Shown one piece after another: positions 29,849 to 38,914 of a stretch of DNA of 50,226 nt. This stretch comes from Gammaproteobacteria bacterium. GTDB lineage: Bacteria > Pseudomonadota > Gammaproteobacteria > Natronospirales > JAJUFS01. The position numbers and the translations under genes were made by a program. The stretch lies in assembly GCA_033720815.1 (NCBI GenBank), contig JAWWBT010000002.1, positions 1 to 50,226 of the forward strand, given 5' to 3'. The stretch's first letter is position 1, and each line of letters starts with the position of its first letter. Under the pieces are notes generated by a model, which saw nothing but the letters and a program-made list of their open reading frames with translations, searched no databases and was not told the origin of the DNA.

Positions 29849-30442
29849 ATGATCGGCATTCTCAATCGTGCGCAGGACTGGCTTGATACAACCGGCAAGG
29901 CCGATTTCCTTGGCCCGCTTGCGCTCCGCCTCTACCTAGTACCCGTATTCTGGGTGGCCGGCATGAACAAGGTTACCGGCTTCGACAATGTCGTTACCTG
30001 GTTTGGCAATGCCGAATGGGGCCTGGGCCTGCCCTTCCCGACCGTCATGGTGGCACTGGCCATCTTTGCCGAAGTCGGTGGTGCGATCGCGCTGCTGCTT
30101 GGTTTCGCTACCCGCTGGATGACGATTCCCTTGATGATCACCATGCTGGTCGCGATATTCCAGGTGCACTGGAAGAACGGCTGGCAGGCGATTGCCGATC
30201 CGCAGAGCGCGTTTCCGCCTGAAGACATCGAAGGCACGATGGAGCGGCTTTCCGCAGCGAAGGAGATCCTTCGTGAGCACGGCAATTACAGTTGGCTCAC
30301 CGAAAACGGCAATTTCGTGATTTCGAATAACGGGATCGAATTCGGCGTGACCTACTTCGTAATGCTGCTCGCCCTGTTCTTCATCGGCGGTGGCCGTTAC
30401 GTCAGTGCGGATTACTGGATAGCGAAGAAATTCCGCCGCTGA
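29849..30442 (+). CDS. DoxX-family membrane protein with periplasmic insertion (HvfX-like)
   Basis: LRLYLVPVFWVAGMNK, AIFAEVGGAIALLLGFATRW, HWKNGW, HGNYSWLTENG...NGIEFGVTYFVMLLALFFIGGGRY. Confidence 0.8.
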   Translation: MIGILNRAQDWLDTTGKADFLGPLALRLYLVPVFWVAGMNKVTGFDNVVTWFGNAEWGLGLPFPTVMVALAIFAEVGGAIALLLGFATRWMTIPLMITMLVAIFQVHWKNGWQAIADPQSAFPPEDIEGTMERLSAAKEILREHGNYSWLTENGNFVISNNGIEFGVTYFVMLLALFFIGGGRYVSADYWIAKKFRR

Positions 30443-30464
30443 CCGGAAATCATGAATACAGGAA

Positions 30465-30487
30465 AGCCCCGCGTTGCGGGGCTTTTT
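30465..30487 (+). terminator. rho-independent terminator ending the DUF1841-MNIO-DUF2063-DoxX operon
   Basis: AGCCCCGC-gtt-GCGGGGCT-tttt, 23 nt after the doxX-like stop. Confidence 0.9.
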
Positions 30488-30499
30488 CGTGCCGGAGAT

Positions 30500-30877
30500 T
30501 CAGGTTTCCAGCTGGCGCTCTTCCATCAAAGCAAATGCATTGCCTTCCGTATCGCGATAGAACGCCAGCCACAATGCAGTATTTCCCTGGCGATGAACCT
30601 CCTGCGGCGCCTCGAGCACCGTGACCTCCTTTGCTTCGAACACCGCATGCGCCGAGTCGATATCGCCGACACGATAATAGAGAATCGAACTGCCGTGTTC
30701 CGCCTCGCCGCCCTTCGGACCAATGGCAAGACGAGCCCCGCCAAGATCGAAGAAGCTCATGCCTCCACCTTCGAAGAGATGCGCCAGGCCGACGACATCG
30801 CGATAGAACATCGTCGCGCGAGAAACATCATCAGCAGTTAGTGACACCTGCCCAAGCCCCTGCACATCGACACCCAT
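30500..30877 (-). CDS. VOC / glyoxalase-bleomycin resistance family protein
   Basis: LGQVSLTADDVSRATMFYRDVVGL...FYRDTEGNAFALME; AGGAGA SD before ATG 30877. Confidence 0.75.
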   Translation of the reverse strand: MGVDVQGLGQVSLTADDVSRATMFYRDVVGLAHLFEGGGMSFFDLGGARLAIGPKGGEAEHGSSILYYRVGDIDSAHAVFEAKEVTVLEAPQEVHRQGNTALWLAFYRDTEGNAFALMEERQLET

Positions 30878-30918
30878 TATCTTCTCCTGGCGGAAATTCA
30901 GCATTAATTGTAGGCAAT

Positions 30919-30942
30919 AAAAAAGCCCGCCGAGTGGCGGGC
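30919..30942 (-). terminator. rho-independent terminator after the thioesterase gene
   Basis: aaaaaa-GCCCGCC-gagt-GGCGGGC; T6 follows the stem on the minus strand. Confidence 0.85.
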
Positions 30943-30949
30943 CTGTCAT

Positions 30950-31396
30950 TCACTTATTCTTGCCGGGAATCATCTTGAAATCATCCGAGTGATCCAGCGC
31001 TTCGAAGGTATCGACCAGCTCCTGTGGCGGCGGCGTGATCTTGCGCGCTCGCGTGTCCAGCCACGCGCCGTCCATGTCGAGAATTGCGCACAACTCATCG
31101 CCACGATAGATTTCGTGGCGCATGCTCCACTTGCGGTGATCTTCCGACACGCCAGTAAGCAGCACGTTGATAGTGACCTCGTCGCTCATCTTCAATTCAC
31201 GCAGGAACTTGCATTCTTCGCGGAACAGCACCGGGCCGACACCATTCTTCATCATCCACTCGATGCCGAAACCATGCTTCTGCAGGTAGGCGACACGCGC
31301 CTGCGCACCGTAATCGTAATACGCCGAGTGGCGCACGTGGCCGTTCGGGTCAAGGTCGGCCCAGCGAACCACCACATCCTGGGTAAATGCCGTCAC
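30950..31396 (-). CDS. hotdog-fold acyl-CoA thioesterase (4HBT/YbgC-like)
   Basis: VVRWADLDPNGHVRHSAYYDYGAQARVAYL typical catalytic-Asp region. Confidence 0.8.
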   Translation of the reverse strand: MTAFTQDVVVRWADLDPNGHVRHSAYYDYGAQARVAYLQKHGFGIEWMMKNGVGPVLFREECKFLRELKMSDEVTINVLLTGVSEDHRKWSMRHEIYRGDELCAILDMDGAWLDTRARKITPPPQELVDTFEALDHSDDFKMIPGKNK

Positions 31397-31426
31397 TTCG
31401 TTCTCCTCCGCGTCTTGATCAGAATG

Positions 31427-32518
31427 CTATTCAGGCGACCATGCGAGCCCGATATGGAACCCGAGGTCTGCCGTGTTGTTGAAATTGACCAGGTTCTCCG
31501 TCAGCGCGTAACTCCAGACCAGCTTCCCGTAGCGCTGGCGAACGCCAAGGGAGGCCTGGTACACATGTGAGCTGATCTCCGGATCGGTCCCGTTCTTGAA
31601 CAGGCTATCCTGCGCGTTCACCTGGAACACGAAGTTGGACCGTTCGGTCATTCGGTATTCCCATGCCGCATTGATCTTCGGTAGCACGTGCCGCGTATTG
31701 TCGGGAAACGGCGCGGCCGAACCAATGCGCACGATTGATGCGCTGAGGTACATCGCCGACCTGTCGTAGAAATGATGCCAGCTGACCTGCACCCCGGTAT
31801 CGTCACTTCCTGTTGTGCGGAAGAACTTGTCGTCCTGGATCACTTCCTTGTGCGCAACCTCGATACTGATCGCATTGCGACTATCAAGGCGCCGATGATA
31901 CCTGAGCCCGACAATGGGATCGCCGATACCTGACTGGGAGCCCGCATCGAGAAGGACAAGCTCGTTCCCACCCAGGGCGACGACACCATTGACCTGGTTT
32001 CTTGGCAGGTAGTTCCTGCCGAAGGTATCGAAGCCGAAGGATTCGTGAAAATTCTCGATGGTCGAATCCAGCCCGCCACCACCATAACGGAAATACGGCA
32101 GGCTCCCATAAAGCGACCAGTTATCCGACAGGCCGTAGTGGACGGTGAACTGCGCGAGGGTGAGCGCGGCATCAAAGAGATAGGTATCGCCGCTGAGCGC
32201 AAAGATGTTGTCGACATCCTGCTGTGTCAGCGACTGCCTGCTGCCGCGCTGGCGAAGGTATTCCTGCGTTTCGGCATCCATCGCGAAGGTGTTCGAATGC
32301 GACAGGTGCAATTCGAAGCCCCAGCGACCATCGCTGGGCGCAATGGCGTGGTCGGGCAGCATGTGCAGGCGGGCAAACCCGACCGGGCCCATGTCGCGGT
32401 TACGCAACGGACCATAGAACTCCTCCGCCGTCGCCGGCGGCGATAACACCAGGGCGCACATCGCCAGGATGATGGACAGTCCGAAGCAGTACTTCATCGG
32501 CAAAAATACGGCCCGCAA
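31427..32518 (-). CDS. putative outer-membrane beta-barrel protein (DUF3187-like, from memory)
   Basis: Signal peptide ending ATAEE, alternating amphipathic strands, Gly/aromatic rich; start may be Met8 (32497). Confidence 0.5.
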   Translation of the reverse strand: MRAVFLPMKYCFGLSIILAMCALVLSPPATAEEFYGPLRNRDMGPVGFARLHMLPDHAIAPSDGRWGFELHLSHSNTFAMDAETQEYLRQRGSRQSLTQQDVDNIFALSGDTYLFDAALTLAQFTVHYGLSDNWSLYGSLPYFRYGGGGLDSTIENFHESFGFDTFGRNYLPRNQVNGVVALGGNELVLLDAGSQSGIGDPIVGLRYHRRLDSRNAISIEVAHKEVIQDDKFFRTTGSDDTGVQVSWHHFYDRSAMYLSASIVRIGSAAPFPDNTRHVLPKINAAWEYRMTERSNFVFQVNAQDSLFKNGTDPEISSHVYQASLGVRQRYGKLVWSYALTENLVNFNNTADLGFHIGLAWSPE

Positions 32519-32543
32519 CTCCAGTCGCAGGCCGCACTCCTTG

Positions 32544-34349
32544 TCAGCGTTTCTTTTTCTTCGGTATGTAGAGGTCCGTCAACGTACCTTCAAATGCCTC
32601 GGCGGCAAGCGCAACCGTTTCCGATAACGTCGGGTGCGGATGCACAGTTAAACCGATATCAGCCGCATCACAACCCATCTCGATGGCCAGTGCGACTTCG
32701 GCGATCAGTTCGCCCGCGTTCGGGCCGACCGTTGCACCACCGATGACGCGTTCACTGGTCTTGTCGAAAATCAGCTTGGCAAAGCCCTCGTCGCGGCCCT
32801 GCGCCAACGAGCGACCGGATGCCGCCCAGGGGAACTTGCCGACCTCGAAATCGATACCCTGCTCTTTCGCCTGTTCTTCGGTGACACCAACCCATGCGAC
32901 TTCCGGGTCGGTGTATGCGACCGACGGAATCACGCGCGCGTCGAAGAAACGCTTTTCACCGGCAGCCACTTCTGCAGCGGTCTTGCCTTCGTGCGTTGCC
33001 TTGTGCGCGAGCATCGGCTGGCCGACCAGGTCGCCGATGGCAAAGATGTGATCGACATTCGTGCGAAGCTGCTTGTCGACATTGATGAAGCCACGCTGGT
33101 CAACCTTCACGCCCGCCTTGTCGGCATCGAGCTTGCCGCCGTTCGGCGTGCGACCGACCGCAACCAGCACGCGATCGAATATCTGGTCGCCGTCCGGTGC
33201 ATTCTTTCCTTCGAACGACACCTTGATGCCGTTCTTCTGCGCCTTCATTGCCGTGACCTTCGTGCCGGTCATGATCGATGAGTACCGCGACTTGATGCGC
33301 TTCTCCAGTGGACGTACCAGGTCACGATCTGCACCCGGCATGATGCCGTCGGCGAGCTCGACCACGGTGACCTCGGACCCGAGGCCGTCATAGACACAGG
33401 CCATTTCCAGGCCGATGATGCCACCGCCGATCACCAGCAGTTTCTTCGGAATATCCTTCAGTTCCAGCGCGCCGGTGGAGTCCATGATGCGCTCATCATC
33501 CGGCGCAAACGGGAGCTTCACGGACTCTGAACCCGCAGCAATGATGCACTTGTCGAATTTCACGACTTGCTTGCCATCACTGCCTTCGACCTCGACGTGG
33601 TGCGGATCGATGAACTTGCCGTAACCATTGACGACATTCACCTTGCGCTGCTTCGCCATCTGGCCAAGGCCACCGACCAGCTTGCCGACAACACCGTCCT
33701 TCCACTTGGCGAGTTTCTTCAGCTCGATCTTGGGCTTGCCGAAGACGATACCGTGCTCGGACATGTGCGCAGCTTCATCCATCACCTTCGCTGCATGCAG
33801 CAGCGCCTTCGACGGAATGCACCCGACGTTCAGGCAGACGCCGCCAAGCGTATCCCAGCGTTCGACCAGCGTGACCTTCTTGCCCATGTCCGCCGCGCGG
33901 AAGGCTGCGGTATAACCGCCGGGCCCTGCGCCAAGAACGAGGATTTCGGTTTCGACATCGGCCTTGCCGGAATACGAGCCGGCAGATGGTGCAGGCTCAT
34001 CGCTGGCCGCCGGGGCGGCCTCCTTCTTGCTTGTAGCAGAGGCATCCTTTCCGGACGTCTCTTTTTTTGATGGTTCGTCCTTTGACGCATCATCGCCGGC
34101 TTCGGCTTCGGAAACCTCGAGCGTCGCAATCACGTCGCCTTCGGAGACCTTGTCGCCGTTGCCGACCATCAGGTCCTTGATCGTACCGGCCTGCGGTGCA
34201 GGAACATCCATCGCTGCCTTGTCGGTTTCCAGCGTGATCAGCGGGGTTTCTTCTTCCACGCTATCGCCGGCAGAGACCAGCACGTCGATGATTTCGACGT
34301 TCTCGAAATCGCCGATGTCGGGAACCTTGATATCAATTGTCTTAGCCAT
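32544..34349 (-). CDS. lpdA: dihydrolipoyl dehydrogenase (E3) carrying an N-terminal lipoyl domain
   Basis: N-terminus MAKTIDIKVPDIGDF...LETDKAAMDVPAP (lipoyl-Lys), then GAGPGGYTAA FAD site, redox CLNVGCIPSK, HPHPTLSE. Confidence 0.95.
   Translation of the reverse strand: MAKTIDIKVPDIGDFENVEIIDVLVSAGDSVEEETPLITLETDKAAMDVPAPQAGTIKDLMVGNGDKVSEGDVIATLEVSEAEAGDDASKDEPSKKETSGKDASATSKKEAAPAASDEPAPSAGSYSGKADVETEILVLGAGPGGYTAAFRAADMGKKVTLVERWDTLGGVCLNVGCIPSKALLHAAKVMDEAAHMSEHGIVFGKPKIELKKLAKWKDGVVGKLVGGLGQMAKQRKVNVVNGYGKFIDPHHVEVEGSDGKQVVKFDKCIIAAGSESVKLPFAPDDERIMDSTGALELKDIPKKLLVIGGGIIGLEMACVYDGLGSEVTVVELADGIMPGADRDLVRPLEKRIKSRYSSIMTGTKVTAMKAQKNGIKVSFEGKNAPDGDQIFDRVLVAVGRTPNGGKLDADKAGVKVDQRGFINVDKQLRTNVDHIFAIGDLVGQPMLAHKATHEGKTAAEVAAGEKRFFDARVIPSVAYTDPEVAWVGVTEEQAKEQGIDFEVGKFPWAASGRSLAQGRDEGFAKLIFDKTSERVIGGATVGPNAGELIAEVALAIEMGCDAADIGLTVHPHPTLSETVALAAEAFEGTLTDLYIPKKKKR
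34116..34349 (-). repeat. lipoyl-domain coding repeat, copy in lpdA
   Basis: Shares long near-identical DNA runs (e.g. catccatcgc.gccttgtcggtttccagcgtgat.agcgggg) with 35460-35687 and 35817-36050. Confidence 0.8.
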
Positions 34350-34394
34350 TTCCTGCCTCGAAATGAAACGGGGCGCGACGCGCCCCGTAATGAA

Positions 34395-36050
34395 TCACAA
34401 CACCAGGTTGCGGCATTCCTTCAGCACTTCGCCGAGGAACGTCGTGAAGCGCGCAGCGGCCGCACCGTCGATGACGCGATGGTCGTAGGAAAGCGACAGC
34501 GGCAGCATCAGGCGCGGTTCGAATTCCGAACCGTTCCATACCGGCTGCATCGATGCCTTCGATACACCAAGGATCGCCACTTCCGGCGCATTCACGATCG
34601 GCGTGAAGTACTTGCCGCCAATCGAGCCCAGCGACGAAATGGAGAAACAACCGCCCTGCATGTCGGCGGCCTTCAGCTTGTTCTCGCGTGCCTTCTCGCC
34701 GAGCTCTGCCAGCTCGCGCGCAATCTGGAAGACATCCTTCTGGTCGGCATCCTTGATCACCGGCACCACCAATCCACCCGGTGTATCCACGGCGAAACCG
34801 ATGTGGAAGTACTTCTTCATCACCAGGTTTTCGCCCGCCGGATCCAGCGATGCATTGAAGTCCGGGAACTCCTTCAGCGCATGCACGACGGCCTTGATCA
34901 GGAACGGCAGCGGCGTCAGCTTCGCATCGACCGTTGCTGCATCCGACTTCAACGCCTTGCGCATGGCTTCAAGGTCGGTGATATCGGCGTCGTCATGCTG
35001 CGTGACGTGCGGTGCATTCAGCCACGCGGCCTGCAGGCGCGGACCGGAAATCTTCTTGATGCGACTGAGCGGCCTCGTTTCGACCTCGCCGAATTTCGCG
35101 AAATCCACGCTCGGCACAGCGGGGATACCGGTACCGGCGGTCGCGACGCCACCACTGCTCATCACGGACTTCACGAAACCCTTCACGTCTTCGTGCGTGA
35201 TGCGGCCCTTCACGCCTGAGCCGGAAACACGACCCAGGTCGACGCCGAGCTCGCGCGCGAACTTGCGCACCGACGGCGAGGCATGGGCACTCGTGAACGA
35301 CTTTTCGTCGATCGGCGGCAGTTCCGAACTCCCGGCAGCCGCTTTCGACGTGCCTGACGATTTCGGTTCCTGCCTGGGTGCCTCGGCCTTCTCCTGTTCT
35401 GCCGGCTCCTTTTCCGTCTTTTCTTCGGCTGGCTTGCTCTTCTTGCTGCCGCCCTTCGTCTCTAGCAGCGCAATCACATCGCCTTCGGAAACGGTATCGC
35501 CCGTCTTCACCTTGAGTTCCTTGATGGTACCTGCCTGTGGCGCGGGCACGTCCATCGCGGCCTTGTCGGTTTCCAGCGTGATGAGCGGGGATTCTTCCTC
35601 GACCTCGTCGCCAGCCTTCACCAGCAGGTCGATGATTTCGACGTTGTCGAAATCACCGATGTCGGGAACCTTCACTTCGATGGTTTTGCCACCGGTGTCA
35701 TCACCGGATTCCGCGGCATCGTCGCTGCCACTGGAATCATCAGTCGCTTCATCGTCGGAAGAATCATCCGCGACTTCCGGCTTTTCTTCTGCCGCAGCGA
35801 CATCTTCGTCGGCAATCTCCAGGATGGCGACAACATCGCCCTCGGACACCTTGTCGCCGTTGGAGACCTTCAGTTCCTTGATGGTGCCGGCCTGCGGTGC
35901 AGGCACATCCATCGCGGCCTTGTCGGTTTCCAGCGTGATCAGCGGGGATTCTTCCTCGACCTTGTCACCGGCGGACACCAGCACGTCGATGATTTCCACA
36001 CCCTCGAAATCACCAATGTCGGGCACGCGGATTTCGATCTGCTTCGCCAT
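34395..36050 (-). CDS. aceF: pyruvate dehydrogenase E2, dihydrolipoyllysine acetyltransferase (two lipoyl domains)
   Basis: Two LETDKAAMDVPAP lipoyl domains, Asp/Ser/Glu linkers, E3-binding ASPSVRKFARELGVDL, catalytic SLSYDHRVIDGA. Confidence 0.95.
   Translation of the reverse strand: MAKQIEIRVPDIGDFEGVEIIDVLVSAGDKVEEESPLITLETDKAAMDVPAPQAGTIKELKVSNGDKVSEGDVVAILEIADEDVAAAEEKPEVADDSSDDEATDDSSGSDDAAESGDDTGGKTIEVKVPDIGDFDNVEIIDLLVKAGDEVEEESPLITLETDKAAMDVPAPQAGTIKELKVKTGDTVSEGDVIALLETKGGSKKSKPAEEKTEKEPAEQEKAEAPRQEPKSSGTSKAAAGSSELPPIDEKSFTSAHASPSVRKFARELGVDLGRVSGSGVKGRITHEDVKGFVKSVMSSGGVATAGTGIPAVPSVDFAKFGEVETRPLSRIKKISGPRLQAAWLNAPHVTQHDDADITDLEAMRKALKSDAATVDAKLTPLPFLIKAVVHALKEFPDFNASLDPAGENLVMKKYFHIGFAVDTPGGLVVPVIKDADQKDVFQIARELAELGEKARENKLKAADMQGGCFSISSLGSIGGKYFTPIVNAPEVAILGVSKASMQPVWNGSEFEPRLMLPLSLSYDHRVIDGAAAARFTTFLGEVLKECRNLVL
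35460..35687 (-). repeat. lipoyl-domain coding repeat, aceF copy 2
   Basis: See 34116-34349. Confidence 0.8.
35817..36050 (-). repeat. lipoyl-domain coding repeat, aceF copy 1
   Basis: See 34116-34349. Confidence 0.8.
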
Positions 36051-36061
36051 GATCGTTCTCC

Positions 36062-38749
36062 TTATGCCTGCCAGGGATTGACGCGCTCGGCATCAATCTC
36101 GAATTTCTTGATGGCATCCGCCACCACCTTGGCATCGATCTCGCCTTCGTCGGCCAGCGCCTTCAGCGCCGCAACCGTGACGTAGTATCGATCGACCTCG
36201 AAGAAGCGGCGCAGGTTGGCGCGCGAATCGGAACGACCGAAGCCGTCCGTACCCAGCGTGACGTAACGACCCGGCACCCAGGCACGAATCTGTTCCGGCA
36301 CGATGCGCATGTAGTCGGTTGCAGCAACGAACGGGCCCTTCGCATCCTTGAACTGCTTCTCGACCCAGGTCTCGCGACGCTTCTTCGTCGGATGCAGCAT
36401 CGACTCGCGATCCGCATCCATGCCGTCACGGCGCAGTTCGGTGAAGCTGGTTGCGCTCCACACGTCGGCGGCAATATCGAAATCCTTTTCAAGGATTTCG
36501 GCAGCGGCTTCGACTTCGCGCAGGATGGTGCCGGAGCCCATCAGCTGCACGTTTGCTTTCGCTTTCTTCTTGCCGGCAGGACGCAACTTGTAAAGACCCT
36601 TGAGGATGCCCTCTTCCGCGCCCTTCGGCATATCCGGATGCACGTAGTTCTCGTTCATCACGGTGATGTAGTAGAAGACGTCTTCCTTCTTCTCGTACAT
36701 GCGCTTCAGGCCGTCATGCACGATGTGCGCGACTTCGTAGGAATACGTCGGGTCATAGGACACGCAGTTCGGGATTACCGACGACATCACGTGCGAATGA
36801 CCATCCTCGTGCTGCAGGCCTTCGCCGTTCAGCGTGGTGCGACCCGCAGTGCCGCCGAGCAGGAAGCCGCGCGCACGCAAGTCACCCGCCGCCCAGGCGA
36901 GGTCGTGGATGCGCTGGAAGCCGAACATCGAGTAGAAAATGTAGAACGGAATCATCGTCAGGCCGTGGTTGGCGTATGACGTTGCTGCGGCAATCCAGGA
37001 CGACATCGAACCGGCTTCGGTAATGCCCTCTTCCAGGATCTGGCCGGACTTGGATTCCTTGTAGAACATCAGCTCGCCCTTGTCGGCCGGCTCGTAAAGC
37101 TGGCCCTTCTGGGCGTAAATGCCGAGCTGGCGGAACAGGCCTTCCATGCCGAAGGTGCGTGCTTCATCCGGCACGATCGGCACGACGCGCTTGCCGAGCT
37201 GCTTGTCGCGCGTGAGCGCGGTCAGCATCCGCACGAAGGCCATGGTGGTGGAAATCTCGCGATCACCCGTGCCCTGCAGCTGCTGCTTGAACACGTCGAT
37301 GTCCGGGATTTCCAGCGTCTCGTCGGTCGGCTTGCGCTGTGGCAGCGAGCCACCGAGCTTCTTGCGCTGCTCGACCAGGTACTTGTACTCGCGGCTGTCC
37401 TTCTTGAAGGTCAGGAACGGCACGTCACCCTTCTCGATGTCCTCGTCGGAAATCGGCAGGTTGAAGCGATCGCGCACCCACTTGAGGTCTTCCGCGTCGA
37501 GCTTCTTCTTCTGGTGCGCACCCATCTGGCCCTCGGCAGCCTTGCCGAGACCATAGCCCTTCACCGTCTTGGCGAGGATGACCGTCGGGCGGCCTTCGGC
37601 CTTGTTCGAGGCGCGATCAAAGGCGGCGTAGACCTTGCGTGCATCGTGGCCGCCGCGGTTCAGCTTCCAGATGTCGTCGTCCGACATGTGGGCGACCATT
37701 TCCTTCAGCTCCGGATAACGGCCGAAGAATTTCTCGCGCACGTAATCGCCACCCTTCGACTTGAAGGTCTGGTAATCACCGTCGACGCATTCTTCCATGA
37801 CCTTCTTCAACAGGCCCTTCTTGTCCTGCGCCAGCAGCTCATCCCAGCGGGAACCCCACAGCACCTTCAGCACGTTCCAGCCGGAACCGGCGAAGTCCGA
37901 TTCGAGTTCCTGCACGATCTTCGAGTTGCCACGCACCGGGCCGTCGAGTCGCTGCAGGTTGCAGTTGACGACGAAGATGAGGTTGTCGAGTTCTTCACGC
38001 GAAGCCAGCGAAATCGCGCCACGCGATTCCGGTTCGTCCATTTCGCCGTCGCCAAGGAAGGCCCAGACCTTGCGCTCACCCGGCTTCAGCAGGCCACGGT
38101 TCTCCAGGTACTTCATGAAACGCGCCTGGTAGATCGCCATGATCGGGCCAAGACCCATCGACACGGTCGGGAACTGCCAGTAGTCCGGCATCAGCCAGGG
38201 ATGCGGGTAAGAAGACAGGCCCTTGCCGTCGACTTCCTCGCGGAAGTGGCGCAGCTGTTCTTCCTTCAGGCGGCCTTCGAGGAATGAGCGCGCGTAGATG
38301 CCCGGCGAGGAATGGCCCTGGATGTAGACCAGGTCACCCCAGTTGTCATCCTTCGGCGCTTTCCAGAAATGGTTGAAACCGACTTCGTACATGCGCGCAG
38401 CGGATGCGTACGACGCCATGTGACCGCCGAGCTCTGTGCCCTTGCGGTTGGCATGCACCACCATGGCCACGGCGTTCCAGCGAATGTACGCCTCGATACG
38501 CTTCTCGATTTCGCGGTCACCGGGATACTGCGGTTCCTGGTGCGTCGGGATGGTGTTGAGATAGGCGGTTTCGGCGGAGTACGGCAGGTAGGCGCCCTGG
38601 CGTCGCGCGTGATCGACCAGCTGTTCCAGTAGCCAGTGCGCGCGATCGGTACCGTGGGCATCCAGCACGCCGTCAAGCGATGCCAGCCATTCCTGTGTTT
38701 CCTGGGGGTCGACGTCCTTGATTTCGTCGGACTTCGGCTTGTCGCTCAT
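36062..38749 (-). CDS. aceE: pyruvate dehydrogenase E1 component (homodimeric type)
   Basis: 895 aa; DPQETQEWLASLD, GGHMASYASAA, FLGDGEMDEPES ThDP motif. Confidence 0.97.
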   Translation of the reverse strand: MSDKPKSDEIKDVDPQETQEWLASLDGVLDAHGTDRAHWLLEQLVDHARRQGAYLPYSAETAYLNTIPTHQEPQYPGDREIEKRIEAYIRWNAVAMVVHANRKGTELGGHMASYASAARMYEVGFNHFWKAPKDDNWGDLVYIQGHSSPGIYARSFLEGRLKEEQLRHFREEVDGKGLSSYPHPWLMPDYWQFPTVSMGLGPIMAIYQARFMKYLENRGLLKPGERKVWAFLGDGEMDEPESRGAISLASREELDNLIFVVNCNLQRLDGPVRGNSKIVQELESDFAGSGWNVLKVLWGSRWDELLAQDKKGLLKKVMEECVDGDYQTFKSKGGDYVREKFFGRYPELKEMVAHMSDDDIWKLNRGGHDARKVYAAFDRASNKAEGRPTVILAKTVKGYGLGKAAEGQMGAHQKKKLDAEDLKWVRDRFNLPISDEDIEKGDVPFLTFKKDSREYKYLVEQRKKLGGSLPQRKPTDETLEIPDIDVFKQQLQGTGDREISTTMAFVRMLTALTRDKQLGKRVVPIVPDEARTFGMEGLFRQLGIYAQKGQLYEPADKGELMFYKESKSGQILEEGITEAGSMSSWIAAATSYANHGLTMIPFYIFYSMFGFQRIHDLAWAAGDLRARGFLLGGTAGRTTLNGEGLQHEDGHSHVMSSVIPNCVSYDPTYSYEVAHIVHDGLKRMYEKKEDVFYYITVMNENYVHPDMPKGAEEGILKGLYKLRPAGKKKAKANVQLMGSGTILREVEAAAEILEKDFDIAADVWSATSFTELRRDGMDADRESMLHPTKKRRETWVEKQFKDAKGPFVAATDYMRIVPEQIRAWVPGRYVTLGTDGFGRSDSRANLRRFFEVDRYYVTVAALKALADEGEIDAKVVADAIKKFEIDAERVNPWQA

Positions 38750-38914
38750 GCGAATTCCTTGTTCTTTTCTGCAAGAGGGTCGATGCAGGTGTGAGGCACG
38801 CGCATCGGCCGGGAATTTCGGATCGGGGCCAACCAGGACGCGGTCGCCCCTGAAGAGTGGTTCAGGAACCTGATATCATCGCGTTTCGGACAATTCAGGT
38901 CAAGGCGAAACGGC

